Below are positions 50,851-60,864 of a DNA stretch of 60,864 bases, piece after piece. Both the position numbers and the translations under genes were made by a program. The notes below the pieces were generated by a model, which was given only the letters and a program-made list of their open reading frames with translations, ran no database searches and was not told the origin of the DNA. The stretch spans positions 53,875,696-53,936,559 of the forward strand of contig NC_068993.1 in assembly GCF_001194135.2 (NCBI RefSeq), given 5' to 3'. Source of the DNA: Octopus bimaculoides. Taxonomy: Eukaryota. Each line of letters begins with the position of its first letter. The stretch's first letter is position 1.

Positions 50851-51183
50851 TATATATGTATATATGTGTGACTCTTCTATTTTTTTAATTATTATAAATC
50901 TTCCATTGAGGAGGGAGCCGGTTTCCAACAAAGATACAAGGCTTCATTTGGGGATGTAGTTTCAAAAGACAAATTCACATTTAGAACTTGAGAATTGTCT
51001 TGCATTATGTATGTATGTATGTATGTATGTATGTATGTATGTATGTATGTATGTATGTATGGCGAGCGGACGGGTGTCATTATGTGTTTGTTTGAGTGTA
51101 TGGGGCTCGGTAGGTATCTATATATGCTTGTTTGTACATTATTTACATTATATACATTTGACGGATATCTGTTGTTTGTTGCT

Positions 51184-51229
51184 ATCGCAACGTTTCGGCT
51201 GATATACTCTCCAGCCTTCATCAGGTGTC
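51184..51229 (-). ncRNA. Hammerhead ribozyme-like motif with canonical CUGAUGA core
   Basis: Minus strand: GACAC CTGATGA A GGCTG-gagagtatat-CAGCC GAAA CGT T GCGAT. Stem II has 5 bp, stem III is the palindrome ACGT, helix I is imperfect in this copy. Confidence 0.6.
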
Positions 51230-51297
51230 TTGGGGAAATTTGGAACCTGGATTCTCATTCCTAAAGTATTTTTCGGTGTTATTATAATTAGTATTCA

Positions 51298-51370
51298 GGT
51301 CACTGTCTGGGATCGAACTCGGAATCTTGGGGTTAGTAGCCCGCGCTCTTAACCACTACGCCATATGCCC
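51298..51370 (-). ncRNA. tRNA-derived head with A and B boxes (not a functional tRNA)
   Basis: GGGCATA TGGCGTAGTGG TTAAGAGCGC GGG-CTACTAA-CCC CAAGATTCC GAGTTCGATCCC AGACAGTGACC. The anticodon loop resembles tRNA-Ser(GCU) CUGCUAA; the acceptor stem does not pair. Confidence 0.8.
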
Positions 51371-51956
51371 GCCGTATAGAACTGAATGTTTGTGTTCGAA
51401 TGGGCGTATGTATATATTTGTATTGTAGGTATGTATTAGAATGTTTGGGCATTTGTGCATGTCTATGCAGATATGTGAATCTTTGTGCGTACGTGCGTAC
51501 ACATGTATGTGTGTATGTATGGATTGGAATATGCGGATGTCCATTTATGTTTGTGTATTTATAAGTGTATGTTTGTTCGTGTGTCGGGAATGGGGGTTTG
51601 TGTCGGTGTATATTTCTGTGGGTGCGCGCGTGAAATGATTAGGTGTTTGTATATAATATATACAAACGGGTGGGTGTTCGTGTGTTTAGCTATATGTAAA
51701 GGAATGTGTGTGTGTGTGCTGTGTGTGGGTGTGTCTACGTATGCCCGTTTGCATGTATGTGCATGGGAATTGATGGCTGTTTTTGTTTACCACATACTGA
51801 GAATTAAATGCAAATTCAAGAATATGTTGACGTTTGTAATCCTTTTGAGTCCATACTTGTATGCGTGTATGGATACGTGTTATATAAGTGTACGTATCTG
51901 TGCACTTCTAGTGTATCCATGTGTCTACTTGTGTATTAGTAATATTGTATATGATA

Positions 51957-52007
<51 letters not shown>

Positions 52008-52284
52008 CGTGTGTGTATTTATAAGTGAGTTTGAAGGGATGCATTATCCGAGTGGATATCGTATTAGCTCTCAGTTAAGTTCCAGTTAACGGCTAACCAC
52101 TACGGTCAGTATTTAACGTCTGTGAGTACAATTTGTTACTAGTCACTGCGTGAATTCTTCCGATGGGTAATTCCGTGTACACTTCGCTGGACGGTAAAAA
52201 TTGTCTGGAGTATATATTATCATTAATAATAAAGAGTATGGAGACTTGTACATCCACAAAATATATTTTACAGTTATAAACAGC

Positions 52285-52762
52285 ATATTATAATGACCTA
52301 CACATGTTTCCGCTGCAGCGACTAGTCACTGTTGCAAATGTAACTTTGCATTATTGTCGGTGCAGCTTCATCCGGGTCCGTCCATTTGGTCATCCTCAAA
52401 GTGTGCTGATGGAAGTAGATTTTTGTTAGTGTTCTGTGGGAGGGGGTTGTTATTTGTAGGCATGTACTACTGACCTCAAATTCACACCAGTTGCTGACCG
52501 ACAAAGAACCTTACAAAAACACTAATCTCGACCATGGTTGAGCAGCGACTGGTGTGAATTTGAGGTCAGTAGCACATACCTATAGATAACAACCCCCACC
52601 CCAACTCCTACAGAACTCTAACAAAAATCTACTTCAATCAGTTCACTTCGAGGATGACCGAATGGACGGACCCTGATGAAGCTGAACCGACAATAATGCA
52701 ATGTTGCATTTGCAACAGTGTGTAGTCACGGCAGCAGAAACACGTGTAAGTCATTATAATAT
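52285..52762. mobile_element. ~480-bp foldback/MITE-like element with ~210-220-bp imperfect inverted arms
   Basis: Left arm 52285-52496 and right arm 52543-52762 are reverse complements along their length; 46-nt spacer. Confidence 0.85.
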
Positions 52763-52784
52763 ACACAGTTTACGTTTACCAAAT

Positions 52785-52899
52785 TAACTCACAAGGCATT
52801 AGTAGAAGACGCTTGCCCAAAGTACCGTACAGCGGAACTGAACCCGAAACCACGTCGTTGTAGAACGAGCTTTTTAACCACGCTGCCATGACTGCGCCT
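52785..52899 (-). mobile_element. SINE-B 5' fragment
   Basis: 'cttgcccaaagtaccgtacagcggaactgaacccgaaacc...aaccacgctgccatgactgcgcc'. Confidence 0.7.
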
Positions 52900-53099
52900 G
52901 TATTTATAATTATGTAAGCTCACCTTGTTAAACAATCCATATGCCCCTCACCGCCATAAAAAAAAATCCCGCTTCCTCTACATATCCCATACAAACCCAC
53001 GCACTGCTTACTCCTCCTCCTCTACCAGACCTGTTGGCAGCCATGACAGAACTAGACTACCGGCTGATATATTTCACAGGGGACTGTTTGGAACGAAGG

Positions 53100-53146
<47 letters not shown>

Positions 53147-53430
53147 ATTCGAAGCTTGATTCTAATCTTACAACCTCGAGATTACTTCCTGCTCATGTGC
53201 CTCCTCCTCTTCCCACCAACACCAACACCACTACCACCACAACAACAACAACAACTTCTACTACTCCCCTTTCCATTACCACCTCGGCCTTTTCCTCATG
53301 ATATTCCCATGGATAATTTATTTTTATTGTCTCGCTGTCACACTCGTATCTTTCTTTAATCCGTCCAAATGGCATGGTGTATCATTCCGCCATACACACA
53401 CAGACACACACACACACATGAAAATAATCC

Positions 53431-53900
53431 TTTCTAACTTAGGCACAATGCCTGAAATTTGGGAGGAGGTGGGGGTGTAGTGGATTACATTGACCCACCC
53501 CACCCCAGTGCTCAACTGGTATTTGTTTCATTGACTCCCCNNNNNNNNNNNNNNNNNNNNNNNNNNNNNNNNNNNNNNNNNNNNNNNNNNNNNNNNNNNN
53601 NNNNNNNNNNNNNNNNNNNNNNNNNNNNNNNNNNNNNNNNNNNNNNNNNNNNNNNNNNNNNNNNNNNNNNNNNNNNNNNNNNNNNNNNNNNNNNNNNNNN
53701 NNNNNNNNNNNNNNNNNNNNNNNNNNNNNNNNNNNNNNNNNNNNNNNNNNNNNNNNNNNNNNNNNNNNNNNNNNNNNNNNNNNNNNNNNNNNNNNNNNNN
53801 NNNNNNNNNNNNNNNNNNNNNNNNNNNNNNNNNNNNNNNNNNNAAAATACCGCTAAGCATTTCGCCCCGGTGTGCTAACGCTTCTGCCAGCTCGCTGCTT
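53431..53900 (-). mobile_element. SINE-A spanning an assembly gap
   Basis: Tail half at 53431-53540 and head half at 53844-53900. Confidence 0.75.
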
Positions 53901-54850
53901 TGTACAGACATGAAAATAAAGATTGTCAGAAAACTAGTCCTGTGTTTTAGGAAATAGAACCAGCCTTATAAGACCCATTTTGTAATAAACAGATTTGATT
54001 CCCTTTGCCTTTGAAATGGCACACATCCACACCCAAACACGTTGAGTTCCATATAGCTTTCGACCACCAAATTTAACTAACCAGGTTTTTGGTCAACCAG
54101 AAACGAAACTATTGTGGAAAACACTTACTCGAGGTGCCGAGCGGTAGAATCGAATCCGAAACCTCATGGTTGTAAAGCGATATTTTTAACGATAGTCATT
54201 TTCGCTGCGCGCATGTATGTATAATTTTGTTGTTTAGGATATCAACGAACGAAGGGTAGATTTCTATGAACACTTAAATGATACTGCTGAAAATTAATCT
54301 AAATGTAATTTTACTCCAGCTTCTGGTTTCATGACAAAGCAGTTGAAATAAAATCTATGTTTATTAGGAAGCACTTCGCCGAGCCGAGGATCAAATCTCT
54401 GCCGGAAAATCGTTTCAGAAGGACTAAGTATTTAAAAAATGTGACATGGTCACAGTGTTGGGTCTGTGGTGACAGTGTGTGCATAGGTGGACATATATTG
54501 TGCTTATATGTCTGTTTTCCTCGAGAATCTAAAAGATGCACTTATTACTACGTTCCATACGCAAGATAAATCACTTGAATTCACGCTACTTGCTTGATGT
54601 CACGCTACTCACTGCGTGCAACTCTACTTTAATATTACAGTTTAGGTTTCGTAGTGATCAATAAATATCAAACAAGTTATTCGGTGTCACATGGCTCGCT
54701 AAACTCCGTACTATTGAATATCTGTCACGTTATTTTCAAAGCGATTTAATATTTATACTTTTCGCTATTTGCTGAAATATCTCCTGATACAAGCTACATC
54801 GCTCTTTAGAAAATTACAACTCTCGACAGCCGTTGCACTACTTAGCAACT

Positions 54851-55069
54851 ATTCTTTTCTACTCTAGGCACAAGGCCCAAAATTTGGTGGGGGCAGGGGA
54901 CTAGTCGATTAGATCAACCCAGTACGCAACTGGTACTTAATTCATCGATCTCGAAAGGATGAAAGGCAAAGTCGACCTCAGCGGAATTTGAACTCAGAAC
55001 ATAAAGACAGACGAAATACCGCTGAGCATTTCGCCCGGTATGCTAACATTTCTGCCTGTCCGCTGCCTT
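54851..55069 (-). mobile_element. SINE-A full copy (tail i)
   Basis: Family motifs. Confidence 0.9.
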
Positions 55070-55240
55070 ACTGTCACGTATTATTCTACTCAAACAAGTG
55101 ACAACCATCAGAAGTTTTCTACTTTACTTTGTCATATCCATCGTATGTTATACTCACAGAGAATTCATCTCTGAACTGGAGAGTAATGAAACACTCGTCA
55201 TCTATAAGATGCTCCAAGTGATTACAGTAGATAACTATAC

Positions 55241-55288
55241 CTCTTCATGGTATCTATTTGCAGCTAGATGAGAGAAACATTGATCTGA
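55241..55288 (-). CDS. Candidate internal exon of an unidentified host gene (48 nt, SDQCFSHLAANRYHEE)
   Basis: Acceptor 'tttttatctttatttctgtag', donor 'GAG|gtatag', only phase 0 open. No homology recognised. Confidence 0.3.
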
Positions 55289-55491
55289 CTACAGAAATAA
55301 AGATAAAAATTTGATTTCATGAATAGCTGACTGACTTCAGAATTTATAAGCATAAAAATATTTAATTTGCTATTTTCTCTGTTGAAACGAGGTGTTTAGA
55401 GATGATTTAAGATATATTTAATTGCAGAAATCTCGGATGTCACCTCGCTGTCGTCGTATACTTGGACTGATACATAAATATCATAACATAC

Positions 55492-55537
55492 TTGAACTGG
55501 TTCCTCGGGTTTACTGACTTTGTAACGCTGGTCACAT
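55492..55537 (-). CDS. Candidate internal exon (46 nt, xCDQRYKVSKPEEPVQ or xVTSVTKSVNPRNQF)
   Basis: Acceptor 'ttttattttccctcttctacttcag', donor 'CAA|gtatgt'. The first reading ends in phase 0, compatible with 55241-55288. Confidence 0.35.
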
Positions 55538-56011
55538 CTGAAGTAGAAGAGGGAAAATAAAATTAAAACGGATATATTTTTCATAACTGTAATTCAAATA
55601 AAATATCAATTAATACTATCCTGTTAAATAATAAAACTGAATGTTTATTTACATATAATATCTCTCTTCTGTTACATGAATTCCTGCTATCAATAGAGAA
55701 ACCATCAAAGAAATTTCAATATCTTCTGTATATATAATATGTCTTTTCCCACTCGTTTCAATAGTATATCGTTAGTTGGTTGTCGTCCAATATAGCAACT
55801 GTTGGAAATAACAAGAACTTAAACGAGAAATTCTAAGTTTGGCAGTTGAAACAGAACCCATTTATTTATTCAAGGGGAATCGATATAATTTTAGCCAGCT
55901 TTAATTCCTCTCACTCTGCCACACTGGGATCCATGTTGTATGTTTGTTTAGTCTCCAGTTTATAACAGCCACACAAGATGATTCAAGTTGTACAAATACT
56001 GATATACATAC

Positions 56012-56038
56012 CTAAACCTCTTTTCTTTTCCTTACAAT
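56012..56038 (-). CDS. Candidate 27-nt microexon (xCKEKKRGLx)
   Basis: Acceptor 'ttttattttcgtcttttctctgcag', donor 'TAG|gtatgt', only phase 1 open. Confidence 0.25.
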   Translation of the reverse strand: MVRKRKEV

Positions 56039-57121
56039 CTGCAGAGAAAAGACGAAAATAAAATACTGAAACGACATTCTCTTCTCTATAAGCAACTGAC
56101 AAAATCTCCAAACTACAACATGGCTTCAGTTCAGTTAAAATCATGTTTTACCTAATACACCTTCTACGTCTATTTTAGTCATNNNNNNNNNNNNNNNNNN
56201 NNNNNNNNNNNNNNNNNNNNNNNNNNNNNNNNNNNNNNNNNNNNNNNNNNNNNNNNNNNNNNNNNNNNNNNNNNNNNNNNNNNNNNNNNNNNNNNNNNNN
56301 NNNNNNNNNNNNNNNNNNNNNNNNNNNNNNNNNNNNNNNNNNNNNNNNNNNNNNNNNNNNNNNNNNNNNNNNNNNNNNNNNNNNNNNNNNNNNNNNNNNN
56401 NNNNNNNNNNNNNNNNNNNNNNNNNNNNNNNNNNNNNNNNNNNNNNNNNNNNNNNNNNNNNNNNNNNNNNNNNNNNNNNNNNNNNNNNNNNNNNNNNNNN
56501 NNNNNNNNNNNNNNNNNNNNNNNNNNNNNNNNNNNNNNNNNNNNNNNNNNNNNNNNNNNNNNNNNNNNNNNNNNNNNNNNNNNNNNNNNNNNNNNNNNNN
56601 NNNNNNNNNNNNNNNNNNNNNNNNNNNNNNNNNNNNNNNNNNNNNNNNNNNNNNNNNNNNNNNNNNNNNNNNNNNNNNNNNNNNNNNNNNNNNNNNNNNN
56701 NNNNNNNNNNNNNNNNNNNNNNNNNNNNNNNNNNNNNNNNNNNNNNNNNNNNNNNNNNNNNNNNNNNNNNNNNNNNNNNNNNNNNNNNNNNNNNNNNNNN
56801 NNNNNNNNNNNNNNNNNNNNNNNNNNNNNNNNNNNNNNNNNNNNNNNNNNNNNNNNNNNNNNNNNNNNNNNNNNNNNNNNNNNNNNNNNNNNNNNNNNNN
56901 NNNNNNNNNNNNNNNNNNNNNNNNNNNNNNNNNNNNNNNNNNNNNNNNNNNNNNNNNNNNNNNNNNNNNNNNNNNNNNNNNNNNNNNNNNNNNNNNNNNN
57001 NNNNNNNNNNNNNNNNNNNNNNNNNNNNNNNNNNNNNNNNNNNNNNNNNNNNNNNNNNNNNNNNNNNNNNNNNNNNNNNNNNNNNNNNNNNNNNNNNNNN
57101 NNNNNNNNNNNNNNNNNNNNN

Positions 57122-57584
57122 CATCCTTTCGGGGTCGATTAAATAAGTACCAGTTACGCACTGGGGTCGATGTAATAGACTTAATCCCTTCGTCTGTCCC
57201 TTCTATGTTTAGCCCCTTGTGGGCAATAAAAAAATAAGAAACGTTAGCACGCGGGGCGAAATGCTTAAAGAGCGGCGAGCTGGCAGAAACGCTAGCACGC
57301 CGGGCGAAATGCTTAAAGAACGGTGACCTGACTGAAACGTTAGCACACCGGACGAAATTCCTAAAGGCGGCGAGATGGCAGAAACGTTAGTACGCCAGGC
57401 GAGATGCTTAGCGGTAGTTCGTCCGTCTTCACGTTCTGAATTTAAATTCCGCCGAGGTCGACTTTGACTTTCATAATTTCGAGCGTGGATAAAATAAGTA
57501 GCAGTTGAGCACTGAAGGTCGATGTTATCTAATCGGCTTAGTTCCTACCTGAAATTACTGGCCTTGGGCCAATATTTGAAACCA
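57122..57584 (+). mobile_element. SINE-A tail-iii half (57122-57237), then a SINE-A whose 48-bp head is tandemly repeated (57238-57584)
   Basis: Head units start at 57270, 57318 and 57366 (period 48), with a truncated unit at 57238-57269. The last unit continues into a full SINE. Confidence 0.9.
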
Positions 57585-57627
57585 ATATTATCGGTTGTTC
57601 GGATATATATAATATATATGTATATAC

Positions 57628-57665
<38 letters not shown>

Positions 57666-57678
57666 GTTTGTGTGCCTG

Positions 57679-57840
57679 TGTGTCTTCTGCTATAGTCTCG
57701 GGCTGACCTAAGCCTAGTGAGTGGCTTTGATAGACGGAAACTGAAAGAAGACCGCCACATATATATATATGTATGTGTGTGTGTTTGGCCCGCACAACTG
57801 CTTAACAACTAGTGCCGGTGTGTTTACGTCCCTCGTAACC
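57679..57840 (+). mobile_element. SINE-B internal fragment
   Basis: 'gtgtcttctgctatagtctcgggctgacc...agacggaaactgaaagaag...ggtgtgtttacgtccc'. Confidence 0.75.
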
Positions 57841-58550
57841 TACCTTACGTATTCATACGACTCTACTTTCGTATTGTTGCGAATATACTTTATTGATACA
57901 ATGGGTTTGTCAATAGTTAACTATTTACTATAACAAAGTAACTATATTGCTGTTTGACTTCTGGTTAGTTTCATTTCTTTCACATATAACTCTATTCAGC
58001 TTACAACTGGTTTGTTACATAACAGTTGTTGCTATAAAGCTACCACCTATGAAATACCACCAACCCGTCATCACCGCCCATACTGGGGCTATATAACTTT
58101 CGTTCGCGTTTATATTGTTCTAAATAGAACAAATCCCTATTATTCTATTTGTTACTAGCCCTAATCTTTTCATTCTGTCGACTACCGTCGCCTCCACAAC
58201 TCTGTGGGTGCACTGAATACACATTTAGGTTAGGTAGAATAATATACAAAATACAGCAGACACAGTCCGTATATAAACAAACACCCGCAACACGCAACAA
58301 AAAAGAAATAACTTAAACATAAAAAAAAAATAGAAAAAATTATATAAAAAAAAAACATTGATCTAGTCATCTACCTCAAAGATTCTAAAGTTGTTTTTCT
58401 TTCTTATTTTGATAAGAAAATAGAGTTTGTAAACTCGTTGTTGGAGTACAAGAACGGGGGAAAATATTCGGGTGACCTTTCGTCATTCTGGCAGCAAATC
58501 TAAGCTTGACCGAGCAGATAGAGGGTGATTAATATATATATCACTATACT

Positions 58551-58746
58551 GGTTTCAAATTTTGGCACAAGGCCAGAAATTTTAGTGGGGGATAGTCTAT
58601 TACATCAACTGGTACTTATTTTATTGACCCTGAAATGACAAAAAGGCAAAGTCGACCTTAGTGGAATTTGAACTCAGAGCGTAAAGACGGACGAAATGCC
58701 GCTAAGTATTTTGCGTAACGCGCTAACGTTTCTTCCAGCTTGCCTC
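58551..58746 (-). mobile_element. SINE-A copy (tail ii)
   Basis: Family motifs. Confidence 0.85.
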
Positions 58747-59237
58747 TTTATTTTATATACCACTATATTACTATCCTGTAAATTTCAATCTATATATTAT
58801 ACGATTCTGAAGAGATTAATCTAGCTATGTGTAAAAAATTCCTTCACTCTATTTATACCAACGAGTATCACTGCAGGAGATCGGAGAAACAATTATTACA
58901 ATAGATTGTCTCAATCGCTGTGTCTAAATTATCCATTGAAAATAAGCTATTGATAACAAGCGTTCCACTTATTTTTTATTCTGTTTTCAAAATCCACTTT
59001 TTCCCCTTTAAATGAAAGAGGAAAGAAAATATTTTCTGCCAGTGGTACAGATCAAGATAATTCTTCCTTCCTTTGAAATCTTAATGTCTCCAGTATCACT
59101 CAACCCCCCACCCTTCCCTCCCCAGAACGAATCTAGACATCAACTCTTCCGGCCGTCGCGACGTAAATATTCCTCTTCAAATCGATTCGTCCGGACAGTC
59201 TCCAATAGCTCTCTATAAGTTACAAAATAAATACTGA

Positions 59238-59253
59238 TGGCGCCCTCTAGCCA
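59238..59253 (-). promoter_or_regulatory. CTCF-motif-like site
   Basis: Minus strand TGGCTAGAGGGCGCCA; the core CTAGAGGGCGC fits the CTCF consensus, but the 5' CC is missing. It lies next to a CpG-richer patch. Confidence 0.25.
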
Positions 59254-59691
59254 GAATTTCAGTAAATGTTAATGACATTTTTCTGATATTCAAGGCAAGA
59301 TACTGATTTTGTCAAATGAGTTTCCAGATTAACATAAATAATATATCTGTTTAACAGTGTCTCGTATCTAAGATCGTATTCTAGGTGTTTACCGAAATAT
59401 TCTAAGATAACATTACCTTACCTTCCATATCATAAGATAATTCGGTGCTGTTATACATATATGTGCGTGTGTGTGTATGTGTGTATTCGTGTAAAATCAT
59501 GTTAAACACGTTCCTTCTATGCATGAGAAAACGCATCGTCCTATGAGTAACATCCCTCACAACGCAATGCCTTTTCAGACATGTCGTCTAGGCTGAGAAT
59601 TCTCTCCGGAGACTATTTCAATAACGAAAGGTCTTCCCACGTCCGAGTGCACAAGAACGCATGCGTGTGTGCGTGTATACAGACACACACA

Positions 59692-59729
<38 letters not shown>

Positions 59730-60289
59730 CATACACATATACAGATATACATATATGTACATAAATATATGTATATACATATATGTATATACACACATAT
59801 GTATATGCATGTGTGTGAGTATGTGTGAGTATATATATAAATGTACGTAACGTACAGGTATAAAAAAGAAACAACTGATCGTTTTTCTTTGTGGGGGGGG
59901 GGCCTAAGTTTATCTAGTTCATAGGAATCTGCAGTACTCGAGCCTTATTTAATGGTGTTAGCGAAATAAGGGAAACATTATCTATTTATTATAAAAATAT
60001 TCGCTGATAATTTACTGCTATAATTTGATACAGTATGATACCTGAATTATATCTTAGTCATGTCATAACTTGACACTAGACCAGTGTATGTATAGTCACA
60101 TGCTATGCATATTGCGTCCGGTTATGACATTGCGCCAGTGTATACGTTAATGGTTATGTTAGATCATATTTTCACAGTCTCGATTTAACACTATACTCTA
60201 CACAATGGACGTCTTTATTTGCGTCCACTTTGGTGCGTGCAATCGGGTCAAATCTCTGATCTGAGGATAAGTTTTCTCTTCCTACTCAC

Positions 60290-60401
60290 CATTGTCGGTC
60301 ACTGACTTCCGTCTTCTGATTAAGCCATCGAAAAGTCACCTTCGTTAATTCTTACATGAACGTGGTTTTCAAAGCAGAATTCTGTGGTCGGATTGTTGGA
60401 C
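60290..60401 (-). other. Candidate 5'-UTR exon ending in ATG at a strong donor
   Basis: Acceptor 'ttttaactgcactag', stops in all three frames, end 'GACAATG|gtgagt'. Confidence 0.25.
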
Positions 60402-60460
60402 CTAGTGCAGTTAAAATGCATCAATTCTCTAACCAATTTGCAATATCAATTTAGTATATA

Positions 60461-60678
60461 AAAGCGGCGAATTGGTAGAATCGTTAGCACCCCAGGAAAA
60501 AAAATGTTAAGCGACATTTTGTCCGTCTTCACATTCTGAGTTCAAATTCCGTCGAGGTCGACTTTGCCTGTCATCCTTTCGGCGGTCGATAAAATAAGTA
60601 CCAGTTGAACACTGAGGTCGATGTAAACGTCTAAATGCCTGCCCAAAATTGCTGGCATTGTGTCTAAGTTTGAAACCA
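60461..60678 (+). mobile_element. SINE-A copy (tail ii)
   Basis: Family motifs. Confidence 0.85.
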
Positions 60679-60864
60679 ATATTAATTTAGTATACAATGT
60701 CGAATATGCTCTTCAATTTGTTAACGTCATCTTTTTGCTTCGGTAATACACAAAGTTTCCAACTATTTCATTCCTTTTTGTTCGTCAAGAGACATAATCG
60801 TCGATTTTACAGACATACGACGAGGATGAGAGTGGACGCATAAATCTTTGTCTCATATATATAT

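Larger units (their letters stand above)
51120..51370 (-). mobile_element. SINE-like unit: tRNA-like head, linker, hammerhead core, A-rich tail (PLE terminal-repeat derivative)
   Basis: Head 51298-51370, hammerhead 51184-51229. Homology to the 23.5-kb copy starts at the head's 5' end. No TTTT on the sense strand until ~50964. Confidence 0.75.

Noticed and set aside
50895-50955. Minus-strand CAAATGA-AGCC...GAAACCGG as a hammerhead
   Set aside because: Core has two changes and stem II does not pair; at most a decayed relic.
51298-51370. Functional tRNA gene
   Set aside because: Acceptor stem does not pair, anticodon ACT is atypical and no terminator follows; it is a repeat head. The same applies to the SINE heads.
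52664-52700. CTGATGAAGCTG inside the foldback arm as a hammerhead core
   Set aside because: No stem II closure or GAAA follows, and the mirror arm reads CGGATGA.
54357-54569. piggyBac-like Cys-rich C-terminal domain (CWVCGDSVCIGGH)
   Set aside because: Only half of the expected Cys pattern, with no transposase core or TTAA/TIR nearby.
57238-57420. CRISPR-like array
   Set aside because: Eukaryotic DNA; the units are contiguous SINE heads without unique spacers.

Overview
AT-rich, gap-ridden draft eukaryotic genomic DNA, with about 18 N-runs mostly inside (TA)n/(GT)n tracts. The repeat content looks like an octopus/coleoid cephalopod genome (inference from the SINE families and microsatellite load). 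No intact protein-coding ORF is present; nearly all ORF-track entries are microsatellite or N artefacts. The window holds dozens of tRNA-derived SINE copies from four families (called SINE-A to -D here), a decayed RTE-type LINE RT (10.1-11.1 kb), other LINE remnants, and the 3' end of an R4/Dong-type LINE inside a (TAA)n array. It also holds two MITEs (one with an 8-bp TSD and a palindromic telomere-repeat core), a ~480-bp foldback, and a few splice-signal-bounded candidate minus-strand exons at 55-60 kb. The most interesting signal is a set of Penelope-like element (PLE) remnants with at least six hammerhead-ribozyme-like cores. In one family a tRNA-like Pol III promoter head follows the GIY-YIG stop codon (23.3-23.5 kb), and the same head lies upstream of a hammerhead (51.2-51.4 kb; a diverged analogue at 12.8-12.9 kb). 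This suggests a PLE terminal repeat built as a 'tRNA head + hammerhead' module that also spreads as a SINE-like unit. All structures were read by eye; none was checked by folding software or database search.
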